From: Candidatus Babeliales bacterium
GTDB taxonomy: Bacteria; Babelota; Babeliae; Babelales; JANWKD01
Length of the DNA: 64,000 nt
Direction: 5' to 3'
Assembly (NCBI GenBank): GCA_963762115.1
Contig: CAVXJH010000006.1
Coordinates: 448,001-512,000, forward strand
Program-made: the position numbers and the translations under genes
Notes under the pieces: model-generated
What the model was told of the DNA's origin: nothing
The model's database searches: none
The model's input: the letters and a program-made list of their open reading frames with translations, nothing else
Shown here: positions 1 to 10,192 of the stretch, in pieces
Position numbering within the stretch: position 1 is the first letter of the stretch
How the letters are laid out: each line of letters starts with the position of its first letter

Positions 1-21
1 AGCATTGGAGCATATGAAAGC

Positions 22-423
22 ATGATTTCTGGTATTGGCGTGGATGCTGTTGAAATTAAGCGATTTGCTCGTTGGCATACATTTTCTCAGAAGCAGTTAT
101 TAAAAATTTTTACGCCCCAAGAGCTTAAGTATTCTTTTGAGAATTCGCTTAAAACGGCAGAGCGTCTTGCAGTAAGATTTGCAGCTAAAGAAGCTTTTTA
201 TAAAGCTGGTTCAGGTATGCTTGAGCATAAATCTTTGTATTATAATGCTCGCCATGTTGGTGTTGAACGTGAAATTGATCAAAAGCCAGTTCTTGTAGTC
301 GATTGGCAGAGGCTTTTTACTGATAAAAAAGCATTATTATGTGCCCAAACTATAAAGGTACATGTTTCGTTAACCCATACTGAAGAAATTGCTATTGCAT
401 ATGTAATTTTGGAAAATGTATAA
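22..423 (+). CDS. acpS: holo-[acyl-carrier-protein] synthase
   Basis: GIGVDAVEIKRF, RFAAKEA and VSLTHT motifs typical of AcpS; 133 aa. Confidence 0.93.
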   Translation: MISGIGVDAVEIKRFARWHTFSQKQLLKIFTPQELKYSFENSLKTAERLAVRFAAKEAFYKAGSGMLEHKSLYYNARHVGVEREIDQKPVLVVDWQRLFTDKKALLCAQTIKVHVSLTHTEEIAIAYVILENV

Positions 424-450
424 GCAAGGCCATTGCAATAGTTTATTTAA

Positions 451-478
451 TTGACAATCGAAAAAAAGACGTTACAAT
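451..478 (+). promoter_or_regulatory. sigma70-type promoter for tRNA-Met
   Basis: TTGACA (451-456), 16-nt spacer, TACAAT (473-478), about 50 nt upstream of the tRNA. Confidence 0.7.
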
Positions 479-527
479 CAATAATAACTAAACTTTTCTT
501 AGAAATAAAAATTTATCAAAAATTTGA

Positions 528-604
<77 letters not shown>

Positions 605-614
605 ATTCCTCTTT

Positions 615-1553
615 TTATTTCCTTTTGTAAAGATAAAATCCCAATCCCAATAATAGAATTCCCAGAATGCTAATGACAGCCAAATAGGCTGGATTTTGTG
701 CATTTCGAGCAACAACCCAACTGCTATAACCTGCAAGAACAACAACAATGTAGCCAATGAGGCTAAAAATAGTGTTTTTGTAGCGCATGCCAAGCATAAG
801 TATGATAAAAGCAAAGAGCATATAATAAATAGTTAATAAAAATTGTGTGATATCAGTCCTGATTAACGTGTCATAGGCGCGAGAATATTCAATAAATGGT
901 TTCATGAAAAATGATGGCTGTCCCGAAACACGATCAAAGTAAAGAATTATTGTTGTTGCGCCCTCTATAAAAAAGGTTATTACCATAGCTATGCCAAGGC
1001 TCTTGGGAAGAAATCTTTGTTCTTTATCTGAGAGATGTTTCTTGCGATAATGCACGACAAAAAATAGAAATAGTAATGAAACAAGAATGCTTATAATGAG
1101 ACTATGTAAAGTGATAGCGGTTTGAGGATGGAGAAGATGATTACACTTATATGAAATGATAATAAAGCATAGTGTGCTGATGTAAGAGAGATATCCCAAA
1201 ATTCGCATTGCTTTACTTTGGGCAATGATGCCAAAGGCTATCAATCCTGTAGCATAAGCAAGTGGTATACTTTGATAGAGCGGTGCATGCCATGAGATTC
1301 TCAATAACCAATAGCCAATGCCCATTGAAAAAATAGTTAATGCTATGATGGGTGCATGTTTTAACCAAGAAGTATATTGACTATTTTTTGGTTGAATTTT
1401 TGATTGCTCATTACCAACTAATGAACTGTGAAATTCATACGTGGGGTTATTTAATTTTTGTTCAAGTACATTGATGTGCTTCTCTTGTTGAGAAAGTTGT
1501 TCTTTTAATTTTTGTAATTGACTTAAAATTTTTTGTTCAAATGAATTTTTCAT
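615..1553 (-). CDS. polytopic membrane protein with N-terminal coiled coil (DUF2339-like architecture)
   Basis: Heptad-like N-terminus then about 8 hydrophobic segments; start set at ATG 1553 after AAGGGG SD. Confidence 0.6.
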   Translation of the reverse strand: MKNSFEQKILSQLQKLKEQLSQQEKHINVLEQKLNNPTYEFHSSLVGNEQSKIQPKNSQYTSWLKHAPIIALTIFSMGIGYWLLRISWHAPLYQSIPLAYATGLIAFGIIAQSKAMRILGYLSYISTLCFIIISYKCNHLLHPQTAITLHSLIISILVSLLFLFFVVHYRKKHLSDKEQRFLPKSLGIAMVITFFIEGATTIILYFDRVSGQPSFFMKPFIEYSRAYDTLIRTDITQFLLTIYYMLFAFIILMLGMRYKNTIFSLIGYIVVVLAGYSSWVVARNAQNPAYLAVISILGILLLGLGFYLYKRK

Positions 1554-1688
1554 AAAAATTATCCCCTTTATGAACAAATAGCATGCATAGTACTCTCTTT
1601 TTTTTATCTATGCTACAATTAATGGTACGCTTTTAGCTTACTTAAAAGCAAGGATATACTTCTTCTTAACGAATGATTATAGGCATAT

Positions 1689-2420
1689 ATGTTGCTTCAT
1701 AAAAATCCATTATTTTCAATTTATTTTGGTGATGGCAGAGAAAAATTTGTACCTGCCCATTTTGCCAATAGTAATTCCTCTCAAGAAATTTTAACAAAAG
1801 CTCCCTTTGATCGATTAAAAAAAATGATGAAAATAGAAAATTTAGTTTTCTTGCATCAAGTGCATGGGGTTCATGGTGTTATGATTATGTCTTCTGAGCA
1901 GCTTAAGGATTCAAAATCATTTAGTAATGATGGTGATTATTTAATAACGGCATTACCAAAAATTGGTTTGGGTGTTGTGACGGCAGATTGTTTACCTATT
2001 GTTATTTATGATAATTTCAATCAAATAATTGCTAATGTTCATGCTGGTTGGCGTGGCACCGTTGAGCGCGTTGTTGTTGTTGCTGTTGAGCAGATGATTT
2101 CATTCTATGGTTCTGAATTGAGAAATTTGCAATTTTTTTTTGGACCATCGGCAAAAGCATGTTGTTATGAAGTTAAAGAAGATATGATGCCGTATCTTGA
2201 AAAATTTTCATATGTGTCTGAAATTTTACAAAAACATGATGATCGTTATACCTTAGATGTTCCCTTATTGAATCGATTGCAATTAGAAGAACTGGGTATA
2301 AAAAAAGATGCAATACATTTGAGTTATAATGTATGCACAATGTGCCATCTTTCATTTTGTTCGTATCGGCGATTAAAAAATAATGAACGTCAAATGACTG
2401 TTGTGGTGTTGAATGGGTGA
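1689..2420 (+). CDS. pgeF: PgeF/YfiH family (laccase-domain purine nucleoside phosphorylase / peptidoglycan editing factor)
   Basis: HQVHG, TADCLP, HAGWRG, GPSAxxCCYEV and SYRR motifs. Confidence 0.92.
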   Translation: MLLHKNPLFSIYFGDGREKFVPAHFANSNSSQEILTKAPFDRLKKMMKIENLVFLHQVHGVHGVMIMSSEQLKDSKSFSNDGDYLITALPKIGLGVVTADCLPIVIYDNFNQIIANVHAGWRGTVERVVVVAVEQMISFYGSELRNLQFFFGPSAKACCYEVKEDMMPYLEKFSYVSEILQKHDDRYTLDVPLLNRLQLEELGIKKDAIHLSYNVCTMCHLSFCSYRRLKNNERQMTVVVLNG

Positions 2421-3039
2421 CTTAATGATGTATCAATCTAAAATAGACTATGCAGCATACATTCATGATCAAATAATAAAATTAGTTCCTGAGCTTGTAG
2501 CCCAAGAGTGTTCAATCCTTGATTTTGGCTGTGGCGATGGTTTTTTAACTAACTTTATGCAAAACACTTTTTTTAAGGCACATGTTGTTGGCATCGATAG
2601 TAATAAAAGTTTAGTAGAAAAAGCAGCAATTGAATTTCCTACGATTACCTTTCAACATGTACAAGATAAAAAATTACCCTTTGCTGATAACAGTTTTGAT
2701 CTGATTTATGCTGTTGATGTTTTTCATCACCTACATACATCAGATCATGTTTTTTATGTTTCAGAATTAATGCGTGTGTTAAAGCATGGCGGTAGATTTA
2801 TACTTTTTGAAGTTAATCCGTATAATCTGTTTGCTTATATTCAATTTAAAAAAAATCCATTAGAAAAAAACAGCATGTTGCTTATGCCAACCTATGCCTC
2901 TCAATTATTTTCTTCTTATACTTGCTCAAGTATAGTTAAATATTACTTTCTATCTCAGTTGTTGCCTTTGCGGTTAAAGGAATATATGTGGCATCTTCCT
3001 TTTGGATCGGTATATTCTGTGCTGGTGCATAAGAAGTAA
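2413..3039 (+). CDS. class I SAM-dependent methyltransferase
   Basis: ILDFGCGDG motif I, FADNSFDLI, RVLKHGG; paralog of 3057-3758 and 5006-5713. Confidence 0.88.
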   Translation: MGDLMMYQSKIDYAAYIHDQIIKLVPELVAQECSILDFGCGDGFLTNFMQNTFFKAHVVGIDSNKSLVEKAAIEFPTITFQHVQDKKLPFADNSFDLIYAVDVFHHLHTSDHVFYVSELMRVLKHGGRFILFEVNPYNLFAYIQFKKNPLEKNSMLLMPTYASQLFSSYTCSSIVKYYFLSQLLPLRLKEYMWHLPFGSVYSVLVHKK

Positions 3040-3056
3040 TAGTTGTTGATGTTGCT

Positions 3057-3758
3057 CTATTTTCTTTCAACAATAATTGCGTAAAGACCTCCAAGAAAAA
3101 AATGTGTTAAATATTTTTCAAAAGGCCGTAGAAAACGCAAAAAGTGTGGAAAGAAAAAATAATATTTACGAGTAATCTTATCGCCTGGTTTGCAATATTT
3201 TTTTAATAAATGGTAACCATAAGAAGGTATGAGCATTTTTGCATTCACTTCAACAGGGCTGCGTCGGAATATAAATTGGGTTACCGGATTATAAGGGTTT
3301 AATTCAAAAAGAACAAAGGTGCCATTCGGCTTTAGTGTACGAAAAATTTCTTTCATATAACCATCATGATTTTTAAATGGTATGTGATGGAAAGCACCAA
3401 CTGCTAAACTTAAATCAAAAGAATTATCTGCAAATTCAAGATCAGGTTTATCATCATAATTAATACCAAAATGCATATTGGGATAGAGTTCTTGTGCGAT
3501 TTTTATACTTTCTGGCGAAGGGTCAACGCCATATATTTCTGCTTGGGGGAAATATTGATTAACGTATGATGTCATAAGGCCATCGCCACAACCAAAATCA
3601 AAAATTTTTTTGGCTGTTTTAGCGCGCTGGGGAATCCATTCTTGTAATTTTATCGCTTTAAATTCAGCCATGAAGGCGCTTGATTCGCCAACTAGACCCA
3701 TTTCTTTGTCATGATTCTTGCGAAAATCTTTTATATAGCAATCAAATTCTGCTTTCAT
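3057..3758 (-). CDS. class I SAM-dependent methyltransferase
   Basis: FDFGCGDG, AFHHIP, RTLKPNG, ELNPYNP. Confidence 0.9.
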   Translation of the reverse strand: MKAEFDCYIKDFRKNHDKEMGLVGESSAFMAEFKAIKLQEWIPQRAKTAKKIFDFGCGDGLMTSYVNQYFPQAEIYGVDPSPESIKIAQELYPNMHFGINYDDKPDLEFADNSFDLSLAVGAFHHIPFKNHDGYMKEIFRTLKPNGTFVLFELNPYNPVTQFIFRRSPVEVNAKMLIPSYGYHLLKKYCKPGDKITRKYYFFFPHFLRFLRPFEKYLTHFFLGGLYAIIVERK

Positions 3759-3831
3759 TGTTACTACCTTTTTTTTTGAGTTACCTACTGATTTACCTTA
3801 AAATTCTTTTATTTTTTTCACAAGAAGATAT

Positions 3832-4860
3832 TTATATATTCATTTCTTTTTGATTATTCCCTTGTTTAATTGATGGCGTAGGAAAAATATTTTCTTCATC
3901 AACTGTTTTATTATGTGCCGCTTCAGTGGTTATGATATTAACCATTTCATCAACAATATAGAGAGGTCTGTTTTTTTGTTGTTCATGAATACGTCCAATA
4001 TATTCACCAATAAGCCAAAGCAGGAGAAACTGGACTCCCATGAAAATATAAATGATCGTTGTGAGCCATTTAAAAAGTGGATAATAGGTATTAAGCAACA
4101 GAACATCAAGGCTGATGTAAGCAAACATCATGCATCCGGTGGTGATTACAAAGAGACCAGCATAAGCGGCAAGTTTCAAGGGAAAAAGTGAAAAACCAGT
4201 TAAACCATCGAAAGCAAGTTTGAACATCTTTTTCCAAGTATATCCTGATTGTCCTGCATGGCGATTTGGGCGATCAAAATCAACAAAAGTATGTTTAAAT
4301 CCTGTCCAGGCAACCATGCCGCGTAAATAACGAGCTTTCTCGCGACATTCTTTTAAAGTGTGTAATACTTTTTTATCAATGAGTCGATAATCACCCACAT
4401 TGCGTGGAATTTTGACATCGGAGATTGAATCTAAAAAACGATAATAGAGCAATGCGGTAAATTTTTTAAGGAAACTATCGATTCTATTAGCTCTTCGTGC
4501 ATATACAATTGAGAATCCATCTTCCCAAGCTTTTATCATATCAATAAGAAGATGTGGGGGATCTTGTAAATCTGCGTCCATAGTTATTATTGCGTCACCT
4601 GATGCATGATCATAACCTGCCGTTAGCGCCATTTGATGACCAAAATTTCTGCTAAATTCTAATGCTTTAATGTGGTGATCATGTGTTGCTAAATCAGCGA
4701 TAATTGACCATGAATTATCCTTGCTTCCATCATTGATAAAAATGAGTTCATAATCGTAATTATCAAATTGATTCAGAATTTCTGTTACTGTTTTATGCAA
4801 TAGTGCTAAGGTACCTTCTTCATTAAAAATTGGTACAATAATTGATAATTTTTTTTTCAT
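3832..4860 (-). CDS. GT2 polyprenol-phosphate glycosyltransferase (GtrB/DPM1-like)
   Basis: SIIVPIFNEE, INDGSKD, FSRNFGHQ, MDADLQDPP, 2 C-terminal TM helices, GEYIGRI...RPLYIV. Confidence 0.92.
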   Translation of the reverse strand: MKKKLSIIVPIFNEEGTLALLHKTVTEILNQFDNYDYELIFINDGSKDNSWSIIADLATHDHHIKALEFSRNFGHQMALTAGYDHASGDAIITMDADLQDPPHLLIDMIKAWEDGFSIVYARRANRIDSFLKKFTALLYYRFLDSISDVKIPRNVGDYRLIDKKVLHTLKECREKARYLRGMVAWTGFKHTFVDFDRPNRHAGQSGYTWKKMFKLAFDGLTGFSLFPLKLAAYAGLFVITTGCMMFAYISLDVLLLNTYYPLFKWLTTIIYIFMGVQFLLLWLIGEYIGRIHEQQKNRPLYIVDEMVNIITTEAAHNKTVDEENIFPTPSIKQGNNQKEMNI

Positions 4861-5005
4861 TACGTAAACCACCTTTTAAATTAATAGAAAATATTATGAA
4901 TACATGCTCATACTATCAAATTTTCAAAAGAGCTAAAGTAGACAGTCAAACTAATTATGCTAGAGTATTCACAATCAAATGTATAAAAAAAGAGGGAATG
5001 ATAAA

Positions 5006-5713
5006 ATGAATGCCGAATTTGATTGTTATATAAAGAATTATAGAAAAAATTTAGATAATTCTTTGGCTTTGTCTGGTGAATCAAGCACTTATTTTGCTCA
5101 GTATAAAGCAAAAAAATTAAAAGAATGGTTGTTGTCTCGAGCAAATCGATCTCAAACTATCTTAGATTTTGGGTGTGGTGATGGGATGATGACAGCATTT
5201 GTTGCGGAGGAATTTCCTTTGGCAACAGTCTTTGGAGTTGATCCTTCATCTGATAGTATTAAAGAAGCGCAAGAACAATTTCCAAAGATTAAATTTGCAC
5301 TAAATTATGATGAAAAGCCAGATCTCGATTTTCAAGATAATCAGTTTGATATTGTATTTGCAGCAGGTGCATTTCATCATATTCCTTTTGAGCGGCATCA
5401 CGGATATCTCAAAGAAATCTTTCGTGTTTTAAAGCCTGATGGTTGTTTTGTTATATTTGAATTGAATCCGTTCAATCCTTTAACGGTTCGTACGTTCAAA
5501 AATAATGTTATTGATCAAAATGCAACAATGCTTAAACCAAAATTTACACAAAAACTAGTCAAAAGTTGTGCGCCACATGGTAATATTATTGTTAAATTTT
5601 ATTGTTTTTATCCTCGTATTTTAAAATATTTGCGCTGGACTGAGCGCTTCATGACAATGATTCCATTTGGTGCGCTTTATGCTGTTATTGCACAGGGAAA
5701 AGCAAAAAAATAA
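5006..5713 (+). CDS. class I SAM-dependent methyltransferase
   Basis: LDFGCGDG; close paralog of 3057-3758 (both begin MxAEFDCYIK); start set at ATG 5006. Confidence 0.9.
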   Translation: MNAEFDCYIKNYRKNLDNSLALSGESSTYFAQYKAKKLKEWLLSRANRSQTILDFGCGDGMMTAFVAEEFPLATVFGVDPSSDSIKEAQEQFPKIKFALNYDEKPDLDFQDNQFDIVFAAGAFHHIPFERHHGYLKEIFRVLKPDGCFVIFELNPFNPLTVRTFKNNVIDQNATMLKPKFTQKLVKSCAPHGNIIVKFYCFYPRILKYLRWTERFMTMIPFGALYAVIAQGKAKK

Positions 5714-5728
5714 GGAAAGTTTTTTGAT

Positions 5729-6940
5729 ATGAAAATTCTTGATGCTCGTTTTATGGTGCTTCAATATTTGCTCAATGCCTATGATAAAATTAGTGTTCCT
5801 TTGATTGGTTATGATGGTACGAGATTTCTACCAATGTCAGGAACAGCACAATCATGGACAGGTTGTTTTGATGATATTGGCATCTATGTTTTAATTCCAA
5901 AATTAGTTAGATTACTTGATGTTTCATTGCAACAAGGTATAGATATATTTTTTTATAGTTTACAATATGTACCTTTTTTATTAGCTTTTATTGGATTTTT
6001 TTTATTATATACATCATGGATGGCACGTTTTGCTTGTGCAGGGTCATTGGCATTTTTGTTATATTCTATTACTAATGTACCTATCACTGATGTATATCTT
6101 GCTTATTCTGCTGCCCCTCTTAGTGTAATACCGCTATTTCTTTATTTTTTAAAAAATAAATTTTATAAAGCTTTATTATGTTTTATTGTATTGAGTGGTA
6201 TAGTATTAGGTTTTTTGCATTATGTTCGTTCCTATGCGGGGTTATGCGTAGTTGGCTTCATGGTTATTATCTTGCTTTGTAATGATGTATTCAATATACG
6301 TCGAACAGCATTACTTTTAACTACGTTGTTTATAAGTCTTTTGATTCCTTATGGTTATTTTTCTTATTTAGTTCACGAATATACAACGTATTCATCTGAA
6401 CATTTTGACGCATGCGATGTTACCAGTTGCCATGCATTTTGGACAACTCTTTATGCCGGGTTCGGTTTTTTGAAATATCTTAATATTGATAATATTTCTT
6501 TTGAAGATTCATTTGTTGTTGATAAGATTCAACAAAAGGAACCTAACCTTTCTTTTTTACAAATGCCAGAATTTGAAAAGGCAGTAAAACAAGAAGTGAT
6601 TGATTTGTTTATACATCAACGTTTTTTTGTGATTGTTACCTTATTTGCTAAATTAGGTGTTCTCTTTTTTTATTTATTAAAATATGCAAATTTGGGTTTA
6701 TTAGCATTATTTTTTGTTCGCATCGCCTGGTGGCAAGAATTAGCATGGTTTTTTTGTCTTGGATTAAGTGCTCTTTTTCCATTAATGACATTACCTCAAG
6801 GCAATTATACTTTGTCCTTTATTGCGTGTTGTACTTTGTTTGGCATAGTTAATTTGGGCAATTTACTTGAAAATTTTTCTGTAGGTATTTTTCTGCGAAG
6901 GATTTTTTATAAGACTTTGAGAACTGCGGCTTTATCTTAA
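5729..6940 (+). CDS. polytopic membrane protein, putative GT-C-fold glycosyltransferase (paralog family copy 1)
   Basis: About 10 TM segments; DDIGIYVLIPKL, DVY, HYVRSY and TLFAKLG motifs shared with 8980, 14581 and 15810 ORFs; adjacent to GtrB-like GT2. Confidence 0.65.
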   Translation: MKILDARFMVLQYLLNAYDKISVPLIGYDGTRFLPMSGTAQSWTGCFDDIGIYVLIPKLVRLLDVSLQQGIDIFFYSLQYVPFLLAFIGFFLLYTSWMARFACAGSLAFLLYSITNVPITDVYLAYSAAPLSVIPLFLYFLKNKFYKALLCFIVLSGIVLGFLHYVRSYAGLCVVGFMVIILLCNDVFNIRRTALLLTTLFISLLIPYGYFSYLVHEYTTYSSEHFDACDVTSCHAFWTTLYAGFGFLKYLNIDNISFEDSFVVDKIQQKEPNLSFLQMPEFEKAVKQEVIDLFIHQRFFVIVTLFAKLGVLFFYLLKYANLGLLALFFVRIAWWQELAWFFCLGLSALFPLMTLPQGNYTLSFIACCTLFGIVNLGNLLENFSVGIFLRRIFYKTLRTAALS

Positions 6941-7887
6941 AAAATTAATTTTTTTGGTGATTATATAAAGAGGTCGATCTTTTAGTTGATCATAAGTAAT
7001 ACCGATATTTCTGCCTATGAGCCAGATTAGAAAAAATTGAAAGCCAAGTGAAAGATAGAGTAAAAGATATATTATATTGAATAAAGAATAATAGGTATGA
7101 AAAGATATAATTTTTATACCTAAATATAATACAAAGCTTATTCCTGAAAGAAAGACAAAAATAAAAGCGAAGCAAGAAATTTTTAGTGGGAATAATGAAA
7201 AATTAGCAATACCATCGAAAGCAATTTTAAATAATTTTGTCCACGTATATTTTGTTGTTCCCGATAGGCGCATAGGCTGCATAAAGTCAACAATAGCATA
7301 TTCAAAGCCAGACCAGGCAATCATGCCGCGCAAATAGCGTGAATATTCTCTCATTGTTTTTATTTTTATTAAAACTTGTTTGTCTATGAGCCGAAAGTCA
7401 TTAATATTTCGTGGAATGTGTACATCAGCTATTGCATCTAAGATTCTATAGTAAATATTGGCGGTGAATTTTTTTAAGAAGGTATCATCTCTATTAATTC
7501 TTTTTGCATAGACAATACGTGCACCTTTTTCCCATTTTTTAATTAAAGAGGGAATAATATGCGGTGGATGTTGCATATCGGCATCCATGGTGATGATTGC
7601 ATCACCAGTTGCTACATCATAGCCGGCTGTGAGTGCGCGTTGATAGCCAAAATTACGACTAAAATTAATCGCTTTTATTGTTAATGCTTGTTTGGCAAGA
7701 TGTTGAATAATGATCCAGGAATTATCACTGCTACCATCGTTTACAAATATTATTTCATAATCATATATATCTATCATTAATTGCATACTACGTTTTATTT
7801 CAGTGTAAACAATAGGAATGTTTTCACTTTCATTGTAGACGGGTAAAATAATTGATATTTTTTTTTCTTAAAATAATTTGTATTCAT
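6932..7887 (-). pseudogene. GtrB/DPM1-like GT2, frameshifted in an A9 tract near its 5' end
   Basis: ATG 7887 reads MNTNYFKKKK; the conserved ISIILPVYNE...VNDGSSD...MDADMQHPP body is in another frame preceded by TAA; T9 at 7858-7866 on + strand; one extra A gives a 318-aa protein. Confidence 0.8.
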
Positions 7888-8036
7888 TATGGTAGCTTTA
7901 TATATTCTGATATTTTCTCTACAATATCCTGAAGGAAAAATTCTGTAAAATGATTTTGAAATTTAATAGATATATTTATTGTATTAAGGCAAAATTATGA
8001 TACATAAAAAAGTTGAGAGAAAAAAAGTAACTAGTA

Positions 8037-8969
8037 ATGAGAAAAAAAATTTCTATAGTTATTCCAATTTATAATGAAGAAAAAAATATTGTAGTTCTGT
8101 GCGATGAATTAATAAATATCACAAAAAAGATGTGCGCTTTCGATTTTGAAATAGTATTGATTAACGATGGCAGCAGTGATAATTCATGGCACAGTATTAA
8201 TGAGCTTGCTCTTCAAAATTCTCATATTAAAGGAATAAATTTAAGTAGAAATTTTGGTCATCAAATTGCTTTAAGTGCTGGCTATGATTTTGCCACCGGT
8301 GATGCAATTATCACTATGGATGCTGATATGCAACATCCACCCCACATAATTCCGACAATAATAGAAAAATGGCTTGAAGGATATGCAATTGTCTATGTTA
8401 AAAGCGTTATGCGCAATGACCGTTTTTTAAAAAAAATAACAGCACTTGTCTACTATAGAATATTACAGTCTATTGCAGAAGTTATCATTCCTCGTAATGT
8501 TGCCGATTTTCGATTAATTGACAGAAAGGTAGCAGATGCTCTGCGAAAATCAAAAGAGAAAACGCGATATTTGCGCGGTATGGTTGCTTGGACCGGCTTT
8601 AAACATACTATTGTGACATGTCAATTTTCTGATCGTTTATCCGGGGTGAGCGGTTATACTTGGAAAAAAATGATTAAATTGGCATTTGATGGCATTACAA
8701 GCTTTTCACACTTTCCCTTACAAATAATAGTTTTTGCAGCCAGTTTGATACTTTTTTCTGGTTTAATAATGGTGGGATATCTCATGTATACTATGCTTTG
8801 TGGCTATGCGAGTTATCCTCTTTTTAAATGGCTCATAGTCGTGGTGTATCTTGGTATGGGAATACAATTATTTTTAAGCTGTCTTCTGGGAGAATATATA
8901 AGTAGGATTTATGATCAACTCAAAGATCGTCCATTATATATTATTGCCCAAACATTCAACATTAAATAA
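8037..8969 (+). CDS. GT2 polyprenol-phosphate glycosyltransferase (GtrB/DPM1-like)
   Basis: SIVIPIYNEE, INDGSSD, SRNFGHQ, MDADMQHPP, C-terminal TM pair, RPLYII. Confidence 0.92.
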   Translation: MRKKISIVIPIYNEEKNIVVLCDELINITKKMCAFDFEIVLINDGSSDNSWHSINELALQNSHIKGINLSRNFGHQIALSAGYDFATGDAIITMDADMQHPPHIIPTIIEKWLEGYAIVYVKSVMRNDRFLKKITALVYYRILQSIAEVIIPRNVADFRLIDRKVADALRKSKEKTRYLRGMVAWTGFKHTIVTCQFSDRLSGVSGYTWKKMIKLAFDGITSFSHFPLQIIVFAASLILFSGLIMVGYLMYTMLCGYASYPLFKWLIVVVYLGMGIQLFLSCLLGEYISRIYDQLKDRPLYIIAQTFNIK

Positions 8970-8979
8970 AGGTTTTTTG

Positions 8980-10110
8980 ATGGATTATGCAAACGGTCGT
9001 TATGCTCACCTCGTTAACTGTCTGGCAGGTTATAAAAAAACTGGTGTTTCGCTTATTGAATATACTGGTAACAAATTAGTGCCAACTTTTGCAGCTGATG
9101 ATCTGGGAATCTATATTCTCATACCAAAGCTTGCATCAGTGTTAAATAGTACCATTGAAACGGCAATGAGTGTTTTTTTTAATGGTATTGCGATTGGTTC
9201 GTTTTTAATCGGTTTTGTTGGTTTTTGTTTTTTGTATAAATCCTGGCTAGCTCGTTTGGTGAGTTTTGTTTGTTTATTGATGGTGGTTATTTTTTCGTTA
9301 TTGAAAGTTGGTGATGTGTATTTGTTATATTCATCATGTGCTTTTGCCTTAGTGCCTTGGACTTTATATTTTGCTAACAATAAATCATATTTTCTCTTTT
9401 GTATTTTTAATATGTTTGCTGGTTATTATATAGGCACAGCGCATTATATTAGGGCATATTCATCGGTCCCAACATTAGTTTTTATGCTATTTTTGCTTGC
9501 GATTGTGCGGATTGAAATGGGAAAAAAAGTATTAATCACCTTAAGTTTATTGTTTGGTTTATCCGCTGCGATGTTTTATTTTTCTTCTGTTTATAATGAG
9601 TATGTGCAGTATTCTCAAAAAAATCTCCCCGAATGTACTATTGCAAAAAAAGGTCATGTTTTCTGGCATGCAGCATACTGTGGGCTTGGATTTTTGAGAT
9701 TTGCCAATAAAGATGATATAGAATGGAGCGATAGTTGTGGCGAGGCAAGAGCTTTATCAATAAATCCGCAAGCAACAATTGATAAAACCGATCTTTATGA
9801 ATCAATTTTGAAAAAAGAAGTATTTAAAATTATTAAAGAACAGCCCTTATTTGTTTTATTTACATTTTGGGCAAAATTGGGCATTTTGCTTTTTTATTTT
9901 TTTATTTTTGCTCATCTTGGCATTCTTGCAGCATGTATATATCATCTTCCGTGGTATATGTATGCTGCTTTTTTTTGTGCGTTAGCAATGAGTGCGTTGT
10001 TTCCATTACTGACTGTTCCGGTTTATTCCTATAGTTTAGGATTTATAGCATTTGCAGCATTGTTTGCAGTAGTAAGTATTAATAATTTTTTATATGTATA
10101 TAAGCAATAA
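8980..10110 (+). CDS. putative GT-C-fold membrane glycosyltransferase (paralog family copy 2)
   Basis: DDLGIYILIPKL, DVY, HYIRAYS, HVFWH, WAKLG; start set at ATG 8980 after AAAGG. Confidence 0.65.
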   Translation: MDYANGRYAHLVNCLAGYKKTGVSLIEYTGNKLVPTFAADDLGIYILIPKLASVLNSTIETAMSVFFNGIAIGSFLIGFVGFCFLYKSWLARLVSFVCLLMVVIFSLLKVGDVYLLYSSCAFALVPWTLYFANNKSYFLFCIFNMFAGYYIGTAHYIRAYSSVPTLVFMLFLLAIVRIEMGKKVLITLSLLFGLSAAMFYFSSVYNEYVQYSQKNLPECTIAKKGHVFWHAAYCGLGFLRFANKDDIEWSDSCGEARALSINPQATIDKTDLYESILKKEVFKIIKEQPLFVLFTFWAKLGILLFYFFIFAHLGILAACIYHLPWYMYAAFFCALAMSALFPLLTVPVYSYSLGFIAFAALFAVVSINNFLYVYKQ

Positions 10111-10192
10111 AAGATACTAGTAATGATTGATTAAATACAAAATAATATTTTAGTATTATGAAAAAATATGTTTAAAGACTTTGGGAGTATGA

